In this document: positions 28,170-35,762 of the stretch, one piece after another | Position numbering within the stretch: position 1 is the first letter of the stretch | How the letters are laid out: each line of letters begins with the position of its first letter | From: an uncultured Clostridia bacterium | Lineage (GTDB): Bacteria > Bacillota > Clostridia > Christensenellales > UBA1242 | Assembly: GCA_944360075.1 (NCBI GenBank) | Contig: CALVTE010000001.1 | Span: 117,280 to 181,279 of the forward strand | Direction of reading: 5' to 3' | DNA length: 64,000 bases | The notes under the pieces: model-generated | Databases searched by the model: none | What the model was told of the DNA's origin: nothing | Seen by the model: only the letters and a program-made list of their open reading frames with translations | Position numbers and translations under genes: made by a program

Positions 28170-28694
28170 TCATGAAAATACACTTTTAATTATCTCCCAA
28201 ATTTGCGAAATATATACAATATTGTCAGATTTTTTTGTTTGAGTAAAGCAAAATGCTGGAAAAACAATGCACCACCAGTTGTCGCCTTCTCCACTGCCAA
28301 GATTCAGAATAAGAGCGTCATAATAACCTTCTTCAAGAGTAATATTTTCATAAGTGCGTGTTGGAAAATATTCATTTGATATCATGGCTGAACTTGAGTA
28401 AGAATAGCCATTATCTCGCAAGGTTTGGTTTGCCACCTGCTCAATAAGCGAAAAATTGCTTGAAATCACACTTTTTGCCTCTTCAAAACTTTCCACCTGA
28501 CTTAAAAGCGGAATCAACGCTTCAACAACTTCGTCCTTGACTTTGTATTTGACTGCTTGGTCTTGCTCTGAGTTTGAGTTTGCTCTGATGTGAATTCTTA
28601 AATACTGCACTTCTTTTTCGCTCCCCACCAAGCCTGACAGACCCAAAATTAGCGCAATCGCTATGCAGGCGATTGTTATCAAAATATATTTCAT
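28170..28694 (-). CDS. spoIIR: Stage II sporulation protein R
   Basis: LRIHIRANSNSEQDQAVKYKVKDEV...GSGEGDNWWCIVFPAFCF is the SpoIIR signature. Confidence 0.88.
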   Translation of the reverse strand: MKYILITIACIAIALILGLSGLVGSEKEVQYLRIHIRANSNSEQDQAVKYKVKDEVVEALIPLLSQVESFEEAKSVISSNFSLIEQVANQTLRDNGYSYSSSAMISNEYFPTRTYENITLEEGYYDALILNLGSGEGDNWWCIVFPAFCFTQTKKSDNIVYISQIWEIIKSVFS

Positions 28695-28770
28695 AATTTC
28701 TCCCGTAGAAAATTATTTCAACTTTTTTATATCAAAAACTAAAAAAAAGTGAAAAAAAACGCAAATAAAA

Positions 28771-28800
28771 TAAAAAAATGCAAAACCTCACGCTTTGCAT
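28771..28800 (-). terminator. Rho-independent terminator after the SipL-like gene
   Basis: On the minus strand: ATGCAAA-gcgtgaggt-TTTGCAT followed by a T-run. Confidence 0.5.
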
Positions 28801-28820
28801 TTTTGTTTTGGAGCAGCCTT

Positions 28821-30332
28821 TTAACCTTTTTGGTAAAACAACACAAGAGAAGCCTCTTCTTCCAAAGGGAAAGTTGCTTCTGGATTTTGCGCCACCACCT
28901 GCTCAAGTGGCACATGAGCACTTTTTGCAATCTCCCAAGCACTTTGCCCGCTTTGAGCAAACAACACTTCCATGGCGTAATCTCTCTCTGGCAACACATC
29001 TGAAATTTCCGCCTTTGAAATAATGCTGGAAATTCTGTCGTAGCTGCAATTTACATCCACCTTGATTTTTGCATCGTAATAAAGGTCTCGACCTTTTTTT
29101 ACAACAACATCAACATCGCTTATCATTGCGCTTGCCATCACAAACCCATCGCACTGACAATCAAATTTGTCACTAAAAGCAAAAGGAACGTCCACTGCAG
29201 CACTGTTTAAGGAATTGGTCTCGTCGTTAAGATAAATCACATTTGTTTTTGCAATGCCTTCCACAAAAATTTGTCCGTCATTGACATACACATTTGTAAG
29301 ACTGACTCCGTTTCCACTGGCAAACAAAACCTTGTCGACTCTTGGAGCGTCTTCGTCTAAATTTAGGCTTCCTTCAATTTTATCTTCAACAACAATCAGT
29401 GGGCAAATGGTAGAGTTTTCAAAACTCTCAGTCGTCAGATTTATTTCATTTTTGGTGCTGTAAATATCGTCAACAACACTGATAAGCTCGTTGTGATAAA
29501 CGCGCAGAAGCACTTCAACAGGAATATTTATGGTCAGTTTTTGCCCTTTGTCGTCATTTTCAATTTGCGTCGTAACCTTTTCGTCTTTTATAAAAGCGTA
29601 GGCTTCAACAACGTCGTCTTTCTCACAGCCGTCCACTTCGAGTTCTTCTTTGAAAGGCTCGCTCACATAAAAACATTCAAATTTGTCTTCTTCGCTCAAA
29701 AAAACCACTCTGGTCAAAACTTCTCCTTGCAAAGAAACAAACCCGCTCAAACTTTCGCAGTTTTTCAGCAGTACCTGGCTTTCTGTTGAAAGAATTTTCT
29801 TGACATTATCTCGAAGAGAAACTTCGCTAGTTTGAGTAAACCCATCTTTTTTTGTTGCCACAAGTTTTAAAATCTCAATTTCTTCATTTTTGCAAAAAAC
29901 ATCTTCATCGTTGCAAGCAATGGTCTCAATCTCGCTTTGGCAAACAAGGTCACCTGACTGCTCAAGATTCACAACAATTCTGACGCTATCGCCTGAGATG
30001 GATTCAATGCTATAGTCAACCACTTTAAGCAAAATCACAGCGTCTTGGCCAGTGGCAATCTTTTCGCATTCAAACTTTGAAGTAAAATTGCAACTATGGC
30101 TGCTGCAATTTATTTCCCCTTCCGCAGTGGTAAAAATGATTTTCAAGTCAACCACGCCTGAATAATTGAGCACGCCATTCAAGGTCTCGCTCGACTCTTC
30201 AAAAGCTTTCACTCCCACCGAAAGAATTTTGCCAACATCTGCCCCCAGCGCCACATTGCATTCAACAGAAAAATCGCCTGCAGGAAGTTTTGCCTTTTTT
30301 GCTACCGAAAATTTATTGTTTTCAAATGCCAT
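28821..30332 (-). CDS. DUF3794/SPOCS-type repeat protein with a C-terminal LysM-like domain (SipL/SpoVID-like spore coat morphogenetic candidate)
   Basis: A GGAGGGTGAA RBS precedes the ATG at 30332. Beta-rich repeats resemble DUF3794 (GKILSVGVKAFEESSETLNGVLNYSGVVDLKIIF...). The C-terminal segment ...LFAQSGQSAWEIAKSAHVPLEQVVAQNPE... is LysM-like. Assigned from memory of the family pattern only. Confidence 0.5.
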   Translation of the reverse strand: MAFENNKFSVAKKAKLPAGDFSVECNVALGADVGKILSVGVKAFEESSETLNGVLNYSGVVDLKIIFTTAEGEINCSSHSCNFTSKFECEKIATGQDAVILLKVVDYSIESISGDSVRIVVNLEQSGDLVCQSEIETIACNDEDVFCKNEEIEILKLVATKKDGFTQTSEVSLRDNVKKILSTESQVLLKNCESLSGFVSLQGEVLTRVVFLSEEDKFECFYVSEPFKEELEVDGCEKDDVVEAYAFIKDEKVTTQIENDDKGQKLTINIPVEVLLRVYHNELISVVDDIYSTKNEINLTTESFENSTICPLIVVEDKIEGSLNLDEDAPRVDKVLFASGNGVSLTNVYVNDGQIFVEGIAKTNVIYLNDETNSLNSAAVDVPFAFSDKFDCQCDGFVMASAMISDVDVVVKKGRDLYYDAKIKVDVNCSYDRISSIISKAEISDVLPERDYAMEVLFAQSGQSAWEIAKSAHVPLEQVVAQNPEATFPLEEEASLVLFYQKG

Positions 30333-30443
30333 TTCACCCTCCAAAACATTTTACGAGATATATTTACGAGCATAGCAACTGATTTATGACAAAAATGTTT
30401 GAAAAGCTTTAAAATTGGCAAAAAGATAGAAAAGGAGATGTGT

Positions 30444-30674
30444 ATGAGAAAGGCAACAACAAGTTTGGAAGAGGTCAAACTGAAAATATTAGCATTAAAA
30501 GGCAGCCAAGTGGAGATGAATGTCAATCGCGGAAGAAAAAAGATTGAACAAATAAGCGGAGTGATCAAAGATGTCTATCCAAGTGTTTTTACTGTTGAGA
30601 CAAAGCTTGAAAAAATTCAAACCTTTTCTTACTATGATGTATTATGCGGCAACATTCAATTGCAAGAAAGTTGA
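30444..30674 (+). CDS. veg: Veg family protein
   Basis: MRKATTSLEEVKLKILALKGSQVEMNVNRGRKKIEQISGVIKDVYPSVFTVE... resembles B. subtilis Veg. AAGGAG lies 7 nt upstream of the ATG at 30444. Confidence 0.85.
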   Translation: MRKATTSLEEVKLKILALKGSQVEMNVNRGRKKIEQISGVIKDVYPSVFTVETKLEKIQTFSYYDVLCGNIQLQES

Positions 30675-30699
30675 AAATGAAAAGCCCTTCAACAAAAAA

Positions 30700-30722
30700 A
30701 GCAGAATTTGTTCTGCTTTTTT
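30700..30722. terminator. Bidirectional terminator between veg and the 1,597-aa gene
   Basis: GCAGAA-tttg-TTCTGC flanked by A7 and T6. Confidence 0.6.
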
Positions 30723-30723
30723 C

Positions 30724-33700
30724 TTAGGCAACAGCCGTCCAGCCGTCTTGCTGCATTTTATATAATATCCAATCTGCTTGTCCCTGATATTCTGATGGCG
30801 TTTCTTGAAACTGCCCTGACCAAGCAAGCTCTTTCGGGATTGGACAACTTGCATCATTCAGCCATGCAAAACCTGTGAAGTCATTGCCAATAAACTTTTT
30901 ATAAGTTGTCACCACGCCGCTTCCATCATCAACAGTCAGAATGTAAACACAGTTGTCTGGCACTGTTACATCATCACCAACCAACCGCTCCTGCGAAATG
31001 CTTGAAACGGCATAGCAATTTGAAATTGAAAGATCACTTCTGCCATTGCCGGCAATAGCCCCAACAAGTCCCTCGCCTGACACATTTCCCTCACTGCCGC
31101 AATTTGAAATTTGCACAACATTGCTGCCGCTGCCATACATCTGACCAACTATTCCGCCGCTATAACCTCCACCTTCAATATTGCCTGCATTAAAACAGCT
31201 GTCAATAACAATCCTCTTGCCGCCTGTGTTTGAAATATATCCAACAATGCCGCCAGCATAACCTGTTGCAGAACTTTTCACAACATCGCCAAAGTTTGCA
31301 CAGTTCAAAATTTGATAGCTATATCTTGTGCTTGACGATGATGATGAAATGCTGCCAACGATTCCCGCAGTTTGCACTTTTGCATAGTTGCGACAATTTT
31401 GAATAATGCAATCATAAGAGCCAGACAAAGATTGTGTAATGCCATATCGAGCTTCTCCATAATTTTCACAATTTGATATTTCATCACTTCCTGAGCAAGC
31501 TATTCCTGAACCAGAACCTGTTCCTTCATCAATAACACCAAAATTTTTGCAATTGGTGATCGTGTCAACCTGATCACCTATGCCACTGCAGCTACCTCCA
31601 CTGATATTGCCATAATTTATGCAGCCGTCAATGAGATCTGCGTACCGCCCCGTAATACCAGAGACATATTGAGGACCTGAAATATTGCCGTGATTGAAAC
31701 AGTCAATAATTTGAGCCGATATACCATACCCTGCAATTCCGCCTGTGTGGTTGCTAGTGTTGGTAACATTTGCATAATTTGCACAGCCTGTGATTATTCC
31801 TCTTGAAGAGCCCGCAATGCCACCTACATGATCTGACCTTCCATTCACAGAGCCATATGAGCTGCATGAAGAAATATTTGAACCCAAGCCCACAATTCCG
31901 CCAACAAGACCGCTTAAGGAATTGATAGTGCCATTAAATGAACAATTTGAAATCAAACCTGAAGCGCCCGCAATTCCGCCACCATAGCTGCCAGAGGTGT
32001 TGATGGTGCCATTAAATGAACAATTTGAAATTAGCGAATCTGAATCTCCAACAATTCCACCAACATAAGCTCCCCCTTGAATTGACGAATTTTTTATGTG
32101 GATGTTTTTAAGCTCACCACCTGCTGCTTTGCCGAACAGACCTTGATATGAAGTTGCTTCTGAAATATTCACACCGTTTATTTCAAAGCCGTTTCCGTCA
32201 AAAACCCCATTGAAACTATATGTGCTATTGCCGATGGCCACCCAGTAGTGAACTGACAAATCCAAATCTTTTGTTTGAGCAAAATATTGTCCTGCAAAAG
32301 TGTTGCCGCCATTGACCAAGCTTGCAAAACCAGCAAGCTCTTCTTCTGACGAAATTTGATAAGGCTTTTCAGGCGTGCCCTCGCCTGCAAATTCAGTGTC
32401 TAAAGTTTGATCTTGCCAATATGATTGCTCTTTCAAAGTTGGATAGCCATCATTTGTTTGCGCATCAATTTGCCAAATTAAATTGAAATTCCATGGGCTT
32501 GAACTATCGAAAAGATTTTCGTCTTGATAAAAGCTCAAACTTTTCGCATCACTTTCAAGAGTTGCTCTGAAAGCTGTGGCGGAAATGGTGGCAGTCCCGC
32601 TTCCGCAAACAGCAATATCGGTGCAGGCAATGCCAAAATAGCAATTTGAGATTGGGCTGCTTTCGCCATAGCCCAAAATTGCCCCCATGTTGCCTGAAGA
32701 GTTGCTGACAAGTGCACCATTAAAGCAATTGGTGATTGACCCTGTTGTCAGTCTGCCAGCAATGCCGCCCACATAGTTTGCCCCACCTGACACAGTTGCC
32801 AGATTATAGCTGTTTGAAATGCTTGCAATGCCGCCATCTCCCACCAGCCCGCCAATATAGTTGCCCGTGCTTTTCACGCTGCCTCTGTTATAGCTGTTGA
32901 TGATTGATGGTGTGCCGCTTGTGGACATGTGACCAGCAAGTCCACCAACATAATTTCGTGTGCCGCCAACTATTTCACCCAAGTTATAGCAGCCACTGAT
33001 TGTCGTAATGCTATATCCGCCAATTCCTCCTGTGTAAGAAGAACTGTTTGAACCCGATGGCTTCACCGTGCCAATGTTGTAGCTGTTGTATATTGATCCA
33101 GAATATCCTAAAATTCCACCTACAAACATTCCGCCTGTTATATTGCCTGTGTTATAGCAGCCATAAACACTTGTTGCATTTGATCCTACAATTCCACCGA
33201 TGCGAGCCGACGAGCCGCCTGAAACTTGCCCATGGTTTGAGCTGTTTCTGATTGTTGAAACTCTTGCCCCAACCAGTCCACCCACATAGCTTGAAGCTGA
33301 AACCCGGCCATAGTTGTGAACGTTTGAAAAACTATAGCTGCTGCTTGCTGAAACCCCTCCTGAAATTCCGCCCACATAGCTTGAGCCCTCAACATTGCCA
33401 TAGTTGACTGAATCTGAAACCGAGCGGCTGCCCGAAATTCCACCAACTCTATCACAATTTGGCGCTGAAATATCTCCCCAATTTTCACAGTTTTCAGCAG
33501 AGCCTTCGCCAACAATGCCGCCAATTCGACTGCTGTCGGCTTCACTTGTTATGTCGGCATAATTTATGCAATCCGTTATCGTTCTGGCTGACGAAAAATA
33601 ACCAGCAATGCCACCCAAATAAAAATATCCTGAAATTTTGCCACTGACTTGACAATTTGAAAGCTCTGCCCCACTTGCAGCACGCCCAATTATTCCGCCA

Positions 33701-35517
33701 ACATACTTGCCAGCTGAAATATCAACATCTGTCAAAATAATATTTTTTATTATTGAATTTCCTGAATTTGTATAGCCAAACAGACCATGGTGGCCATAAG
33801 CTCCATGCTGCATCCCTTGTATGGTAAGGTTTGAAATTTCATGCCCTCCACCATCAAAGTTTCCTGCAAAACGCACTGAAGGATTATTCTCTGATACCAA
33901 CAATTGTTTAAACCCAATTGGAGTAAAATTTCTGCCACCCATGTCAAGCGGCTGAGTAACCTTGAAATATTGACCTTGAAAGGTGTTGCCAGCATTGACC
34001 AGCACGCTCAGCCCTGCAAGCTGCTCTGCAGATGAAATTTGAAAAGGGTCTTCTTCAGTTCCGCTGCCCTGGAAGATTGTTTCTGTCACATCATCCCAGC
34101 TTTCAAGAGGTGGCATAAGTTGCAACTGTCCTTCCACAAGTTGCCAAGTTGTTTCAAAATCCCAAGTCTCTGACCAAACTGTTTGATCTTGCCACCAATT
34201 TGAATCTTGCATATCCTGCACAAGCGTGCTGCTATAAATTGAGCCACTGATTTGAGTTATATTCTGACTGCAATTTCCGCCAAAATAGTTTTTGTTGTCA
34301 GCAACAGAACGATTTGTTGTGCCATAAAGATATTCCGTCCCCGACACCGAGCCAGTGTTGACTGTGTTGTTGCACTCACCAGACGAGATATGTGCTGTCC
34401 CATAAATATGACTTTGCCCTGAAATCGCCCCCTCATTGACACAGTGCGAAACATAAGTACTACGATTTTTTCTGTTGTATGTGCATAGCGAGATGCCTGC
34501 CACATAATTGACTCCCACAACAGAGCCTTTGTTTAGACAGTCATAGATTAAAGCTTCTGCCCAATTCCCTTGATATACTTGCCCTAAAATCCCCGCTGCA
34601 TAGTTTGCTTCTGAAGAGATGTTGCCAAGGTTTGAGCATTTTATTATTTTCAGCGTGTCATTATGTAAATACCCTACAATTCCTCCTACATTGCTGCCTG
34701 TGCTGACCACTTCGCCTTCATTTCTGCAAAATTTTATCTCTCCATTATCGGCAGAATACCCCATAATTCCGCCAACAAAAGTTGTTGCATTAATTTTGCC
34801 ATAATTGACACAATTTAAGATGTAGGATGATTGACCTATAATTCCCCCAACTATGCGTGAGCCGCTCACCACACCGTCAAACGAGCAATTTCTGATTAAG
34901 GCTGAACCATAGCCTAAAATCCCTCCAACATATTGATATCCTTGCACATAAGAGTCAACAATATTCAAGTTTTGAATTGCAATGTTTTGATTGCCATATG
35001 AATAACCAAAAAGGCCCATATATGAATAGGCGGCGCTTTGCTCAGGACACTCGGTGTAAAGCCCTGAAATTGTATAGCCTTGGCCATCAAAAATTCCGAG
35101 GAACTGCCTTTGCTGAGAAGTTGTTGTGCCATATTTATAACTGCAGCCGATTGGCACCCAGTAGTGCGCTGAAAGATCGATGTTGTCACAAAGCACAAAA
35201 TAATTTGAAAGAGCGCCTGTGTTTTGAGTGTAATAGGCAAGCCCGGCAAGCTGCTGTGCCGTGTAAATTTTGTAAGGGTCGCTGCTTGTGCCGCTTCCTT
35301 CAAGCTCTGAAAGAGAAACAATATAATAATCAGGGTTGTCAAGCCAGGTGTCAGTGTTTTGAGGTGTTTGGCTGAAGTCTTCTGTCCACTCTATTTCAGC
35401 TTTTGTTGAAGTTTGTTTGTCAAAAGACAATAAAACCAGCCCCACTGCAAACATGGCAGTTAGCGCTGCAAAGATGATGGATAAAATGGACTTTTTCAAC
35501 AACGATTTATTTCTCAC
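30724..35517 (-). CDS. Large secreted or membrane-anchored surface protein with three GLUG-type repeat modules (1,597 aa)
   Basis: GTG start and an N-terminal hydrophobic anchor (SILSIIFAALTAMFAVGLVLLSF). There are three head segments of the form DP[YF]xIxxxxQLAG...YFxxxxD[IL]D[LM]...W.PIG...FDGxG[YHF]xIxG, each followed by dozens of GG[IL][IVA]G repeats. There is no LPXTG or SLH motif. Confidence 0.75.
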   Translation of the reverse strand: MRNKSLLKKSILSIIFAALTAMFAVGLVLLSFDKQTSTKAEIEWTEDFSQTPQNTDTWLDNPDYYIVSLSELEGSGTSSDPYKIYTAQQLAGLAYYTQNTGALSNYFVLCDNIDLSAHYWVPIGCSYKYGTTTSQQRQFLGIFDGQGYTISGLYTECPEQSAAYSYMGLFGYSYGNQNIAIQNLNIVDSYVQGYQYVGGILGYGSALIRNCSFDGVVSGSRIVGGIIGQSSYILNCVNYGKINATTFVGGIMGYSADNGEIKFCRNEGEVVSTGSNVGGIVGYLHNDTLKIIKCSNLGNISSEANYAAGILGQVYQGNWAEALIYDCLNKGSVVGVNYVAGISLCTYNRKNRSTYVSHCVNEGAISGQSHIYGTAHISSGECNNTVNTGSVSGTEYLYGTTNRSVADNKNYFGGNCSQNITQISGSIYSSTLVQDMQDSNWWQDQTVWSETWDFETTWQLVEGQLQLMPPLESWDDVTETIFQGSGTEEDPFQISSAEQLAGLSVLVNAGNTFQGQYFKVTQPLDMGGRNFTPIGFKQLLVSENNPSVRFAGNFDGGGHEISNLTIQGMQHGAYGHHGLFGYTNSGNSIIKNIILTDVDISAGKYVGGIIGRAASGAELSNCQVSGKISGYFYLGGIAGYFSSARTITDCINYADITSEADSSRIGGIVGEGSAENCENWGDISAPNCDRVGGISGSRSVSDSVNYGNVEGSSYVGGISGGVSASSSYSFSNVHNYGRVSASSYVGGLVGARVSTIRNSSNHGQVSGGSSARIGGIVGSNATSVYGCYNTGNITGGMFVGGILGYSGSIYNSYNIGTVKPSGSNSSSYTGGIGGYSITTISGCYNLGEIVGGTRNYVGGLAGHMSTSGTPSIINSYNRGSVKSTGNYIGGLVGDGGIASISNSYNLATVSGGANYVGGIAGRLTTGSITNCFNGALVSNSSGNMGAILGYGESSPISNCYFGIACTDIAVCGSGTATISATAFRATLESDAKSLSFYQDENLFDSSSPWNFNLIWQIDAQTNDGYPTLKEQSYWQDQTLDTEFAGEGTPEKPYQISSEEELAGFASLVNGGNTFAGQYFAQTKDLDLSVHYWVAIGNSTYSFNGVFDGNGFEINGVNISEATSYQGLFGKAAGGELKNIHIKNSSIQGGAYVGGIVGDSDSLISNCSFNGTINTSGSYGGGIAGASGLISNCSFNGTINSLSGLVGGIVGLGSNISSCSSYGSVNGRSDHVGGIAGSSRGIITGCANYANVTNTSNHTGGIAGYGISAQIIDCFNHGNISGPQYVSGITGRYADLIDGCINYGNISGGSCSGIGDQVDTITNCKNFGVIDEGTGSGSGIACSGSDEISNCENYGEARYGITQSLSGSYDCIIQNCRNYAKVQTAGIVGSISSSSSSTRYSYQILNCANFGDVVKSSATGYAGGIVGYISNTGGKRIVIDSCFNAGNIEGGGYSGGIVGQMYGSGSNVVQISNCGSEGNVSGEGLVGAIAGNGRSDLSISNCYAVSSISQERLVGDDVTVPDNCVYILTVDDGSGVVTTYKKFIGNDFTGFAWLNDASCPIPKELAWSGQFQETPSEYQGQADWILYKMQQDGWTAVA
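31928..32031 (-). repeat. Exact 26-bp direct repeat, two copies 78 bp apart, inside the 1,597-aa gene
   Basis: GTGCCATTAAATGAACAATTTGAAAT at 31928-31953 and 32006-32031, encoding the duplicated ISNCSFNGTIN. Confidence 0.8.
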
Positions 35518-35543
35518 TTAAGGCACCTTTTCCTTTAAAAAAA

Positions 35544-35572
35544 ATTATAACAAAATTCGACACTTTTTCCAA
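35544..35572 (-). promoter_or_regulatory. Candidate sigma-A promoter for the 1,597-aa gene (TTGGAA-N17-TATAAT with TG extension)
   Basis: The minus strand reads TTGGAAaaagtgtcgaatttTGtTATAAT. Confidence 0.4.
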
Positions 35573-35722
35573 ATTTATTCTTTGCATTTTTAAAAAATAA
35601 ATTTAATAATTTTTTCTTTGAAATTTAAAGATGGAACATTGGATTTTTAAAATTTTCTTTGCATTTTAAATCACGCAAAATTTCATAATTATTTAAGTAA
35701 AAATTAAAAAAATTGAAAATTA

Positions 35723-35750
35723 AACAAAAAAAAACACGCAAAAAGCGTGT
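35723..35750 (-). terminator. Rho-independent terminator after ppdK
   Basis: On the minus strand: AACACGC-ttttt-GCGTGTT followed by a T9 run. Confidence 0.6.
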
Positions 35751-35762
35751 TTTTTGTCAATT

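Noticed and set aside
28739-29023. Three overlapping 81-86-aa ORFs around the spoIIR/SipL-like intergenic region
   Set aside because: They span a terminator hairpin and the 3' end of a well-supported CDS, with no RBS. They are shadow ORFs.
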